A stretch of DNA of 55,738 nt from an uncultured Planctomycetales bacterium (GTDB lineage: Bacteria; Omnitrophota; Gorgyraeia; Zapsychrales; JANLHA01), in NCBI GenBank assembly GCA_964595465.1, contig CAZQQI010000012.1, positions 1-55,738 on the forward strand, read 5' to 3'. Under the pieces are notes generated by a model. The model had not been told where the DNA came from and searched no databases. It saw only the letters and a program-made list of their open reading frames with translations. The position numbers and the translations under genes are program-made. Of the stretch, positions 46,963 through 55,738 are shown piece by piece. Numbering within the stretch: position 1 is the stretch's first letter; the number at the start of each line of letters is the position of its first letter.

Positions 46963-47874
46963 ATGTCACCAAATCTGAAAGAAATCCGCCGCGCTGTTCT
47001 GCGTGCTCTGATGATCGGTTTTCACCGCTCGGTCCGGTTTATTCCGTATGGGCTTTTTAAGCCGCTTACCCGGGCTGTGCAGGCCTGTTGTTTTGCGCTC
47101 TTCGGTGCGCGCCTGCGGAGAAATGCCGCACGGACGATAACTCAAGCTTACGGCGATCAGCTGAGCGAATCTGAAAAGAAAGAGATCATCAGCGGAACAT
47201 TCCGGCATTTCGGCAAGGTCTTGACCGAGGACCTTTATTACAGCCAGCGGCCGGAATATTCGGACCGGGTTGTTGATATCGCGGGACGTGAACATCTGGA
47301 CCGGGCCCTGGCCGCCGGGAAGGGTGCTGTCGTGGTGAGCGCGCATTTCGGCAATTTCCCCCTGATGATTTTTTACCTGCGCCGTGCCGGATATCTATCT
47401 AATGCTGTGATCCGCCCTTTGCGGGACCGCAAGATCGGGCGCTATGCCAAAGAGATGATGGCAGCCCATGGCGTCGGTACGGTCTACAGCAAGCCGGCCC
47501 GCAGGTGCGTGCGGGAATCTGTGGAGACATTACGTCAGAATAAACTGTTATTCGTTCTTATGGATCAGCATTACGGCACGGACGCCAGGGTGGAAGTGGA
47601 TTTTTTCGGACGTCCGGCAGCGGCGGGTGCCAGTCCGGTGGTCCTGGCCAGGAGGACCGGAGCGGCCGTGATCCCGGCCTTTATTGTGCGGGACCGGGAT
47701 GATGATGACCGGCACCGCATTGAGATCCTGCCTCCGTTGGACCTCGAACAGGGCGGGACTCAGGAGCAGGTCCTGCAGAAAAACATGCAGACGATCACTG
47801 ATGTGATCGAACGGTATGTCCGCCGGTATCCCTGCCAGTGGGGATGGATGCACCGGAGGTGGAAGGACGGATAG
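46963..47874 (+). CDS. lipid A late acyltransferase / lysophospholipid acyltransferase (LpxL/HtrB family)
   Basis: SAHFGNF, LMDQH, VDFFG, LARRTGA, YPCQWGWMHRRWK. Confidence 0.9.
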   Translation: MSPNLKEIRRAVLRALMIGFHRSVRFIPYGLFKPLTRAVQACCFALFGARLRRNAARTITQAYGDQLSESEKKEIISGTFRHFGKVLTEDLYYSQRPEYSDRVVDIAGREHLDRALAAGKGAVVVSAHFGNFPLMIFYLRRAGYLSNAVIRPLRDRKIGRYAKEMMAAHGVGTVYSKPARRCVRESVETLRQNKLLFVLMDQHYGTDARVEVDFFGRPAAAGASPVVLARRTGAAVIPAFIVRDRDDDDRHRIEILPPLDLEQGGTQEQVLQKNMQTITDVIERYVRRYPCQWGWMHRRWKDG

Positions 47875-47985
47875 TCATTAGCATTTAGCATCTGGCGGCT
47901 GGCATTCAGCAGTTAGGAGATTGCCTGCAGGGGTTGGCAAGGGGCTGGATGCGGGGTGGGAGGTGCTGCTAAAAAGGAGGGTGAC

Positions 47986-48162
47986 ATGGCAGACAAGGAA
48001 CGCAAAAAAGATGTACTGTTTTTAAGCGGAATCATCGTGCTGATCATCGGACTGATGATGGTCCTGGCCTGGTGGCCGGATGTGGTGTCGTTTTTTAAAG
48101 GGTTTGTGGGGATCGCGGTAGCCGTCGCCGGGCTGCTGATGATGTACGCGAAGAAGGTATAG
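47986..48162 (+). CDS. small two-TM membrane protein
   Basis: AAGGAGG RBS before ATG47986; two hydrophobic helices. Confidence 0.7.
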   Translation: MADKERKKDVLFLSGIIVLIIGLMMVLAWWPDVVSFFKGFVGIAVAVAGLLMMYAKKV

Positions 48163-48164
48163 AA

Positions 48165-48312
48165 AAGGACGCAAGACGCAAGACACACAACGGTGAACGT
48201 GATACGTGAAGCGTGAAACGGTCTTCCGAGTTTATTGGGTTTTGGGTTTATTGTGTTTTGGGTTCATTGGGTTTTACGTTTCACTTTTCACGTTTCACTC
48301 TTCACGGTTTTT
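48165..48312 (+). repeat. self-complementary CGTGAA / TTTCACG array with nested TTGGGTTT nonamers
   Basis: Direct reading. Confidence 0.8.
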
Positions 48313-48338
48313 CTTGTGACGGGTGACAGAGGAGATTT

Positions 48339-49334
48339 ATGATCTGGCTGGAATTTATAATCAGCGCGGGGATCATTCTGATCGCCGGGTCGCAGTTGAC
48401 GCGTTATGCCGACCGTCTGAGTGATGCCCTGGGTCTGGGTAAGGTCTGGATCGGGGTGGTCCTTTTAGGATTGGTGACCTCTCTGCCTGAAGCCGGCGCC
48501 AGTCTGGTCTCGGTGATCGGACTGGACGCGGCGGACCTCGCTGTCGGAAATATGGCCGGCAGCAATAATTTCAATCTTTTGCTGGTGGTCCTGCTGGACC
48601 TGGTGTACCGGCGGGGTTCACTGACCAATAGTGTGGTGTTTAACCGCGCCCAGGCGGTGACGGCCGCTTTCGCGCTGGGGCTTGCCGGGATCGCGGCTGT
48701 GGAGATCATGGCCGGCGGGCTGTTTACGATCCCGACGCTGTTCGTCTTCAGCCCGGGAAGTCTGCTGCTGATCGTGATCTATCTGCTGGGTATGCGGCGT
48801 ATCTATCAAAGCAATCTGCTGCCGGCGATCGCCCCGGGAGACAGGAAAGATCCGGGTATTTCATTATCACGGACGTATTTAGGGATTTTCATCAGCGGGG
48901 CGGTCGTTATCGCTGGGGCTGTCTGGGTGGCCCGTTCGGCGGACGTGATCGCTGTCTCGACTGGATGGGGCAGGACGTTTGTCGGTTCGCTGTTTCTGGC
49001 TCTGGCCACCTCTCTGCCGGAAATGGTGGTGACGTTATCGGCCCTGCGTCTTAAACAGGTCGACCTGGCGGTGGGCAATATTTTCGGCAGTAATATGACC
49101 AACATGTTTCTGCTGGTTTTTTGCGATTGGGCTGACGGCCCCGGGGCTTTGTTAAATGGTGTTTCTTCCGCGCATGTCTTTACGATCTTTGTCGGATTCG
49201 CCATGACCCTGGTCGTTATTTTAGGTTTAGCTCAGAATAAAAAAGAAAATTATTTTGGTTTGGGCTGGGATTCCTGGTCGCTGATCCTGATCTATGCCGC
49301 CGGGATGACCGGGCTGTACGGGATGGGGCGGTGA
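48339..49334 (+). CDS. Na+/Ca2+ (CaCA, YrbG-like) antiporter
   Basis: Two alpha-repeats: TSLPE...AVGNMAGSN and TSLPE...AVGNIFGSN. Confidence 0.92.
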   Translation: MIWLEFIISAGIILIAGSQLTRYADRLSDALGLGKVWIGVVLLGLVTSLPEAGASLVSVIGLDAADLAVGNMAGSNNFNLLLVVLLDLVYRRGSLTNSVVFNRAQAVTAAFALGLAGIAAVEIMAGGLFTIPTLFVFSPGSLLLIVIYLLGMRRIYQSNLLPAIAPGDRKDPGISLSRTYLGIFISGAVVIAGAVWVARSADVIAVSTGWGRTFVGSLFLALATSLPEMVVTLSALRLKQVDLAVGNIFGSNMTNMFLLVFCDWADGPGALLNGVSSAHVFTIFVGFAMTLVVILGLAQNKKENYFGLGWDSWSLILIYAAGMTGLYGMGR

Positions 49335-49342
49335 GGGGTAAG

Positions 49343-49472
49343 AAAATAGCGAATAGAGAATAGAAAATCGAGAATAGAAAGTCTGCTGTTTACTATTCGC
49401 TATTTTCTATTCTCTATTTACTATTCTCTATTTACTATTCTCTATTTACCATGCGCTATTCGTTAATTACCA
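49343..49472 (+). repeat. GAATAG/CTATTC-type self-complementary heptamer array
   Basis: AATAGCGAATAGAGAATAGAAA...CTATTCGCTATTTTCTATTCT. Confidence 0.8.
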
Positions 49473-49491
49473 TTTAGCAGACTTTAAGGAG

Positions 49492-50103
49492 ATGATCATG
49501 TGGCATAATCTGCGCAAGTATTTTATTTCAGGCCTGCTGGCATTTTTGCCTTTGGCGCTGACGGTGTATTTGTTCATTTGGACGATCTGGTTTGCCGACG
49601 GATTGTTGGGAAAATATATACAGCCTCTGCTGATGAAATTTCTGGGATTTTATATTCCCGGCCTGGGATTGATCGCGGCTGTGCTGATGATCATACTGAT
49701 CGGGGTGGTGGCGACCCGTTTCTTCGGCGGGCGTATTCAGATGATGATCGATAAGCTCGCCCTGCGCCTGCCGTTTTTTAAGCAGGTGTATCCTGCGTTT
49801 AAAGAGATCGCGAATTTTTTCTTTTCGCGTAACCGCCTGTCATTCCGTCAGGTGGTGATCATTGAATATCCGCGCAAGGGGATCTACAGTTTCGGGTTTT
49901 TGACCAATGAGTCCTCTGAACGGCTCAAAAAGCTGACCCGCGAAGACATCTGCAATGTGTTCATATCCAGTTCGCCTTCGCCGCTGACCGGGTTTGTGAT
50001 CATGGTTCCGAAAAAGGATATTATTGAGACGGACCTTACTGTTGAGGAGGCGGCGAAATTTGTTGTCTCCGGCGGGGTGGTGAACCCGAATAAACCGGTG
50101 TAA
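49492..50103 (+). CDS. DUF502 family membrane protein
   Basis: FISGLL..LPL..T, IEYPRKG, GFLT, SPSPLTGF, VSGG. Confidence 0.88.
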   Translation: MIMWHNLRKYFISGLLAFLPLALTVYLFIWTIWFADGLLGKYIQPLLMKFLGFYIPGLGLIAAVLMIILIGVVATRFFGGRIQMMIDKLALRLPFFKQVYPAFKEIANFFFSRNRLSFRQVVIIEYPRKGIYSFGFLTNESSERLKKLTREDICNVFISSSPSPLTGFVIMVPKKDIIETDLTVEEAAKFVVSGGVVNPNKPV

Positions 50104-50109
50104 GATTTA

Positions 50110-50225
50110 AGATAATAGTGAATAGAAAATAGCAGATGGATAATGACGAATAGGGAATAGCGAATGGAAAACAGCAGGTTTTCTATTCACCATGTTCGCT
50201 TTTCTATTCTCTATTCGCCATTTGC
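50110..50225 (+). repeat. GAATAG/CTATTC-type self-complementary heptamer array
   Basis: GAATAGAAAATAG...GAATAGCGAATGG then CTATTCTCTATTCGCCATT. Confidence 0.75.
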
Positions 50226-50241
50226 CCGTGCAAGATTTTTT

Positions 50242-50886
50242 ATGTATAAACTTATCATTTTTGATCTGGACGGGACGCTGATCGACGCGTACCCTGCTGT
50301 TCAGGAAAGCCTGAATTATACCTTGCGGCAATGCGGTCTCGCCGAGGTTGATGACGAGACGATCCGCAGGACTGTAGGCTGGGGGGACCGTCATTTGATC
50401 GCTTCGTTCACCGGGGAAGAACGTGCCGATGAGGCGGTGAAGATCTACCGTGAGCATCACGCCGGGTCGCTGACGCGCGGATCAGCTCTGCTTCCCGGGG
50501 CGGGGGAACTGCTGAGTGAATTGCGCTCGTGCGGTTATCGTCTGGCTGTGGCCAGCAACAGGCCCAAGGCATTTTCTCTTATTGTTGCCCGTCATTTGGG
50601 CATTGCGCGTATGTTCGACCGTATCCTCTGCGGGGATGAGCTCAAGCAGGGGAAGCCGCATCCCGCCATTCTGGAGGAACTGCTTGAGTATTTTGATCTT
50701 AGGCCGGAGGATGCGCTTTATGTTGGAGATATGGTGATCGACGTTCAGACCGGAAAGGGTGCTGGTGTGGCCACGGTGGCGGTGCCGACCGGGTCGCATC
50801 CCCGTCATATGCTGGAGCCGGCGGATCCTTTCGCTGTTGTGGAGAATGTGTTCGAGGTGATGGAGATCGTGAGGGGGGCATGTTGA
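50242..50886 (+). CDS. HAD family hydrolase (phosphoglycolate phosphatase-like)
   Basis: FDLDGTLID, ASN, KPHP, YVGDMVIDV. Confidence 0.9.
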   Translation: MYKLIIFDLDGTLIDAYPAVQESLNYTLRQCGLAEVDDETIRRTVGWGDRHLIASFTGEERADEAVKIYREHHAGSLTRGSALLPGAGELLSELRSCGYRLAVASNRPKAFSLIVARHLGIARMFDRILCGDELKQGKPHPAILEELLEYFDLRPEDALYVGDMVIDVQTGKGAGVATVAVPTGSHPRHMLEPADPFAVVENVFEVMEIVRGAC

Positions 50887-51042
50887 GTTGGTTGGGTTTG
50901 TTGGGTTTGTTGGGTTAGTTGAGTTGGTTGAGTTGATTGAGTTTGTTGAGTTGATTGGGTTGGTTGAGTTGCGGGTTTAACCCAACAAACCCAAATAACC
51001 CAAATAACCCAACAAACCCAAAGAACCCAAAGAACCCAAAAA
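50882..51042 (+). repeat. self-complementary nonamer array (GTTGGGTTT / AACCCAAAY)
   Basis: G/T-rich arm followed by a complementary A/C-rich arm. Confidence 0.85.
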
Positions 51043-51177
51043 AATAAGAGATTCATTCTGATATTTCTTTGCCGGAGGACTTGATTTTTTATGAAATTCA
51101 GGTATAAATAGTCGCATTAGTTCTATACTTCCGCAACAAACTTTACTAATATGAATAAGGAATTAAAGGAGCTCCGC

Positions 51178-51258
51178 ATGAGTAAGCGCAGACGCAGAGG
51201 GAAACTGAATTGGCGCGGAAAAAAAGCCAATCACGGGCGCAAGCCGAACAAAGGATAA
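51178..51258 (+). CDS. 26-aa basic protein, ribosomal protein bL37-like
   Basis: AAGGAG RBS; MSKRRRRGKLNWRGKKANHGRKPNKG; KANHG.[KR]P resembles actinobacterial bL37. Below the ORF-track cutoff. Confidence 0.7.
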   Translation: MSKRRRRGKLNWRGKKANHGRKPNKG

Positions 51259-51273
51259 GACAACGCGGCAGAG

Positions 51274-51341
51274 ATAGGGGGCAGCGCCCTATTTTTCTGG
51301 CAATTATTATCTGTTCACAAGAATAGGGCGCTGTCCCCTAT
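51274..51341. repeat. 20-bp inverted repeat (REP-like), related to the uvrC element
   Basis: ATAGGGGGCAGCGCCCTATT-28 nt-AATAGGGCGCTGTCCCCTAT (one G-U pair). Confidence 0.8.
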
Positions 51342-51361
51342 GAAAAAAGAAGGGGAGAGAC

Positions 51362-53413
51362 ATGGATTATTTATTTTGGTTGATACCGGTTTTTTCGGTC
51401 GGTGCGCTCGTTTTGGCCGGGTTTCTGGCTGCCAGTATTATGAAAAAGGATGAAGGGACCGACCGGATGAAAGAGATCGCCCAGGCGGTCCGCGAAGGCG
51501 CTTCCGCGTATTTGAGCAGTCAGTATAAAGCGGTCGCGGTATTTTTCGCGATCGTATTCGCTCTGCTTTTGGGCCTGGCGTTTTTGGGGAACGTTTCGTT
51601 TTTTGTGCCGTTCGCGTTTTTGACCGGGGGGTTTTGCTCGGGTCTGGCCGGATTCATCGGGATGAAGATCGCGACTGCGGCTTCTGCGCGCACGGCGAAT
51701 GCCTGCCGTTCTTCTCTTAATGAAGGCCTGCGGGTGGCGTTTTCTTCGGGTTCGGTTATGGGATTTTCTGTGGTCGGTCTGGGGCTGTTGAATTTGGTTT
51801 TGTGGTATTTCGGCCTGAAGATGTATTTCGGGGATGATCTGGAATCGATCACCAGCATTATGCTGACGATCGGGCTGGGTGCCAGTTTTATGGCTCTGTT
51901 CGCCCGTGTCGGCGGAGGGATCTTCACCAAAGCGGCTGACGTCGGCGCTGACCTGGTCGGCAAGGTCGAGGCCGGGATCCCGGAAGATGATCCCCGTAAT
52001 CCGGCGACGATCGCGGATAATGTGGGGGACAATGTCGGGGACGTGGCCGGTATGGGTGCGGACCTGTTTGAAAGTTATATCGGCTCGATCCTGGCCACTG
52101 CGGCCCTGGGGATCGTGAGCTTCGGTCTGGCGGGATTGCTGCTGCCGATGATTATTGCTTCTCTGGGTGTCTTGGCGTCGATGATCGGAATGATGTTTGT
52201 GCGTACCGGGGAAGAGACTTCTCAGGAGGTTCTGCTGAAGGCCCTGCATAAAGGGGTCTGGATCGCGTCAGGCCTGGTGGTTGTTTTGGCGCTGGCCGCG
52301 ATCAAGATCATGCTGCCGCCGGTCATGGCGATGGGCGTGTTCTGGGCCGTGGTGTGCGGTCTGGCTGCCGGTCTGATCATTGGTTTTCTGACCGAGTATT
52401 ACACGTCGGCGCATTTTAACCCGACGAAAAAGATCGCTAAGTCTTCTGAAACCGGGGCGGCTACGGTCATTATCGAGGGGCTGTCTGTGGGTATGATCTC
52501 GACGGCGCTGCCGATCCTGGTTATTGCGGTGGCGATCCTGCTGAGTTTTAAGTTCGCCGGTCTGTTCGGGATCGGGATCGCGGCTGTGGGGATGCTTTCG
52601 ACCCTGGGTGTGACCCTGGCGACTGACGCCTACGGCCCGGTGGCGGATAATGCCGGAGGAAACGCGGAAATGGCCGGCTTGGAGCCGGAGGTCCGCGTGA
52701 AGACCGACGCACTGGATTCTTTGGGCAACACGACCGCGGCGACCGGAAAAGGGTTTGCCATCGGTTCTGCTGCGTTAACCGCGCTGGCATTGATCGCCGC
52801 GTTTAAAGGTCAGGTTGTTCTGGCCGGCGGGGACCTTAGCCTGGATCTGCTGAACCCGACGGTTCTGGTCGGGATGTTCATCGGGGTTATGATGCCGTAT
52901 GTTTTTTCGGCTTTGACCATGGGGGCTGTGGGACGTGCCGGCGGGCAGGTGGTCAGTGAGGTGCGCCGCCAGTTCCGCGAGATCGCCGGGATCATGGAAG
53001 GCACAGCGAAACCGGATTACGCGACCTGTGTCAATATTGTGACCAAGTCGGCGCTTAAGGAAATGGTTATCCCGTCGATGCTGGCGATCGTGACTCCGGT
53101 CGCGGTCGGGCTCTTGCTGGGGATCGATTCTCTCGGCGGCCTGCTGATGGGCGCAACCGGGTCCGGGTTCGTCCTGGCGGTCATGATGGCCAATTCCGGC
53201 GGGGCCTGGGACAATGCCAAGAAGTATATTGAAGAGGGAAATTTCGGCGGAAAAGGTTCTGACTGCCACAAGGCAACGGTGGTCGGCGATACTGTCGGGG
53301 ATCCTTTTAAAGATACGTCAGGCCCGAGCATCAATATTCTGATCAAGCTGATGTCGATGGTCTCGATCGTGTTTGCGGGATTTATTCTGAGCAACGCTCT
53401 GAACTTGTTCTAA
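51362..53413 (+). CDS. hppA: membrane-bound ion-translocating pyrophosphatase (K+-dependent type)
   Basis: [45 protein letters not shown]. Confidence 0.96.
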   Translation: MDYLFWLIPVFSVGALVLAGFLAASIMKKDEGTDRMKEIAQAVREGASAYLSSQYKAVAVFFAIVFALLLGLAFLGNVSFFVPFAFLTGGFCSGLAGFIGMKIATAASARTANACRSSLNEGLRVAFSSGSVMGFSVVGLGLLNLVLWYFGLKMYFGDDLESITSIMLTIGLGASFMALFARVGGGIFTKAADVGADLVGKVEAGIPEDDPRNPATIADNVGDNVGDVAGMGADLFESYIGSILATAALGIVSFGLAGLLLPMIIASLGVLASMIGMMFVRTGEETSQEVLLKALHKGVWIASGLVVVLALAAIKIMLPPVMAMGVFWAVVCGLAAGLIIGFLTEYYTSAHFNPTKKIAKSSETGAATVIIEGLSVGMISTALPILVIAVAILLSFKFAGLFGIGIAAVGMLSTLGVTLATDAYGPVADNAGGNAEMAGLEPEVRVKTDALDSLGNTTAATGKGFAIGSAALTALALIAAFKGQVVLAGGDLSLDLLNPTVLVGMFIGVMMPYVFSALTMGAVGRAGGQVVSEVRRQFREIAGIMEGTAKPDYATCVNIVTKSALKEMVIPSMLAIVTPVAVGLLLGIDSLGGLLMGATGSGFVLAVMMANSGGAWDNAKKYIEEGNFGGKGSDCHKATVVGDTVGDPFKDTSGPSINILIKLMSMVSIVFAGFILSNALNLF

Positions 53414-53426
53414 TGGGTAACATCGT

Positions 53427-54959
53427 ATGACGAAACAGCCGCAACTCAGTGAACCGCATCATCCGCGTCCGCAATGGCGTTCGCGCATGGGTTTTATTCT
53501 GGCAGCGTTAGGGTCTGCTGTGGGGCTGGGAAATATTTGGCGCTTCTCTTATTTGTGCTACAAAAATGGGGGAGGCGCTTTTCTTATACCCTACGGAATC
53601 GCTTTGCTGGTGGTGGGGATCCCTCTGCTGATCCTGGAACTCGGGTTGGGACATAAGATGCGCGGCAGTGCGCCGATGAGTTTTGCCAAGGTGGACCGTC
53701 ATTGGGAATGGGTCGGCTGGTGGGCGGTCAATTGCGCGATGTACGGGATCATGCTGTATTATTCGGTGGTGATCGCCTGGTGTCTGAATTATGTCTTTTT
53801 TGCTTCGGACTTGAGCTGGGGAATGGACACACGCGATTTCTTTTTTAATACGTTTCTGCAGGTCTCTGACGGGCCGCTGCAGGTGGGGGATATCCGTACG
53901 CAGATCCTGCTGTCGCTGATGGCGGTGTGGGGGATCACCTGGTTCATTGTGTTCTTCGGGGTGCAGAAAGGTCTGGAGCGCGCGAATAAGATCTTTATGC
54001 CGCTGTTATTTGTTCTGATCGGTACGCTGGTGGTCTGGAGCCTGACCTTGACCGGCGCGGGGGAAGGTGTGGCGGTGTATTTGAAGCCGGATTTTTCTCT
54101 GCTGAAGACCCCGCAGATCTGGATCGACGCGTTTTCGCAGATCTTTTTCACACTTTCGCTGGCCTTCGGGATTATGGTAACGTATGCTTCGTACCTTCCG
54201 CGTAAGGCGGATGTGGTGCAGGACGCTATTGTGGTGGGCCTGGGTAACGGGCTGTTTTCGTTTGTCGCGGGGTTTGCGGTTTTCGGGACGCTGGGCTACA
54301 TGGCGCACACGCTGGGTCAGCCGGTGGGGGAATTGGTCACCGAGTCGATCGGGCTGGCGTTTATCACGTATCCTAAGGCGATCAGTCTGATGCCGGCGTT
54401 TTCGAAGGTCTTTGGGGTGGTGTTCTTTTCGGCTCTGGTACTGGCAGGGTTTTCCAGCGCGATCTCTCTGGTTGAGGCGTTCAGCGCGGCGGTGGTGGAC
54501 AAGTTTCATTTCCGCCGGAAAAATGTGGTCTCGGTGGTGTGCGTGACCGGTTTTTTGGGGAGTATGATCTTTACCGCTAAGAGCGGGATTTACTGGGTGG
54601 ATATTCTGGATCATTTTATGACCAATTATGGTCTGGTGGTGGTGGGGATTCTGGAATGCATCATTATCGGCTGGGTCTTCGGGGCCAAGAGGCTGCGGGA
54701 ACATATTAACCGTGCCGGCAATGTCCGTTTGACCAGGCTGTGGGATGTGTGTGTGAAGGTGGTCACTCCGGCGGTGCTGACAGTTTTGCTGGTCCGCAGT
54801 ATTTACACAGAGGTGACTGTGCCGTATGAAGGGTATCCCTGGGTGGCGATCATTCTGATCGGGCGGGATTGGATCATCTTGGCGCTGATCGTGGCGCTGT
54901 TTATTGCGATGTATCCGTGGCGGCGTCAGTTGGAAAAGGATGATGCGGAACAGCATTAA
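53427..54959 (+). CDS. sodium-dependent transporter, NSS (SNF) family
   Basis: GSAVGLGNIWRF, NGGGAFLIPY, QIFFTLS, GLAFITYP. Confidence 0.95.
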   Translation: MTKQPQLSEPHHPRPQWRSRMGFILAALGSAVGLGNIWRFSYLCYKNGGGAFLIPYGIALLVVGIPLLILELGLGHKMRGSAPMSFAKVDRHWEWVGWWAVNCAMYGIMLYYSVVIAWCLNYVFFASDLSWGMDTRDFFFNTFLQVSDGPLQVGDIRTQILLSLMAVWGITWFIVFFGVQKGLERANKIFMPLLFVLIGTLVVWSLTLTGAGEGVAVYLKPDFSLLKTPQIWIDAFSQIFFTLSLAFGIMVTYASYLPRKADVVQDAIVVGLGNGLFSFVAGFAVFGTLGYMAHTLGQPVGELVTESIGLAFITYPKAISLMPAFSKVFGVVFFSALVLAGFSSAISLVEAFSAAVVDKFHFRRKNVVSVVCVTGFLGSMIFTAKSGIYWVDILDHFMTNYGLVVVGILECIIIGWVFGAKRLREHINRAGNVRLTRLWDVCVKVVTPAVLTVLLVRSIYTEVTVPYEGYPWVAIILIGRDWIILALIVALFIAMYPWRRQLEKDDAEQH

Positions 54960-55019
54960 GCTTTTTTAAGGGTTATTAAAAAAATTTTCACAACGGGTTA
55001 TTTCAAAGGAGAACAGAGG

Positions 55020-55421
55020 ATGGGGTGTATTCGACGCCGGGGGTCGGCTGCTACGGTATTGGCGCTGGGTCTTTTATCTTTTTCGTTGAGCGGGTGTGTG
55101 TATGTTGTGGTCGGGAGTCTGGGGGCGATTGGAGGTTATGTGGTCAGCCCGGATACGGTCGAAGGTGTCGTTTCGGACCGCAGTCAGGCGGACGTTTTTC
55201 GGGCGGCTTTAGATGTGGTGGGGCAGATGGGTCTAGTGGAGGAGCAGAGTGAGGCGGCCGGGGTGATCCTGGCGACGGTAAACAAGGCTAAGGTGCAGGT
55301 TTCGGTATTTTATCTGAGTCAGTCGGCGGTCAAGGTCGCGGTCAAGGCGCGCCGTTCGTTTTTTCCCAAGATCAAGGTTGCGCAGGATGTTTATGTTAAG
55401 ATCATGAATCGTCTGCAGTAA
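55020..55421 (+). CDS. lipoprotein (DUF3568-like)
   Basis: AAGGAG RBS; lipobox LSGC followed by a Gly-rich hydrophobic segment. Confidence 0.6.
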   Translation: MGCIRRRGSAATVLALGLLSFSLSGCVYVVVGSLGAIGGYVVSPDTVEGVVSDRSQADVFRAALDVVGQMGLVEEQSEAAGVILATVNKAKVQVSVFYLSQSAVKVAVKARRSFFPKIKVAQDVYVKIMNRLQ

Positions 55422-55538
55422 ACCGGGGAAGCGTTCTGCTATGATTTCATTGTGAGCGGAGTGCTTGATCTTGGCGCGCGTTTTGATTCGTGATGTATTT
55501 TGGAATGCGTTTCTGGAGCGCGTTTCGGCGGGAATCGC

Positions 55539-55566
55539 TTGACAATTCAGACGGGCTTGATAAAAT
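55539..55566 (+). promoter_or_regulatory. sigma70-like promoter of tRNA-Phe
   Basis: TTGACA-16 nt-TAAAAT with extended -10 TG. Confidence 0.6.
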
Positions 55567-55644
55567 AAAAACTTCTTTCGGCCAAAATGATCATCGCCGG
55601 CTTTTTTGGGTTTGATGGCCTTATAATTTGAATATTTTTAGAGT

Positions 55645-55720
<76 letters not shown>

Positions 55721-55738
55721 TTTCTTTGATAAACCAGT

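Noticed and set aside
40286-54956. Long antisense ORFs (40286-41074, 41310-42143, 42285-43166, 51371-52249, 54006-54956)
   Set aside because: Shadows of GC-rich codon usage in prfB, secA, hppA and the NSS gene

Overview
Bacterial chromosomal window of a diderm organism. Gene order and a large modular secreted protein suggest Candidatus Omnitrophota (OP3); this is an inference, not a search result. In order: a LacI-associated carbohydrate locus (sugar ABC transporter, clan GH-A glycoside hydrolase, repeat protein, CBM-like lipoprotein), mnmG, cysK, thiF and thiSGH, a DEDDh exonuclease, leuS-comEA-comEC-radC-bamD-like-lptE-holA, rpsT, murJ-uvrC-MGMT, a PilT-family ATPase with a substituted Walker B, a 2355-aa secreted protein, frameshifted prfB, secA-lnt, several membrane proteins, a 26-aa bL37-like ORF, hppA, an NSS transporter and tRNA-Phe. 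The strongest signal is the 2355-aa protein (32664-39731). Nine D-x-A-M-L-like pentapeptides divide it into eight unrelated modules, one of which is a complete phosphoglucomutase-family enzyme, and the array is capped by an N-terminal domain and a C-terminal GGIDFN domain. It is a candidate processed polyprotein or cargo array. Other unusual features are about 12 intergenic 7-mer/9-mer arrays (most self-complementary, two sharing an exact 89-bp core), a perfect palindrome inserted in-frame in uvrC, and a ~150-nt structured element after mnmG. No CRISPR array, transposase or integrase was seen. All calls are by eye from motifs, and repeat boundaries are approximate.
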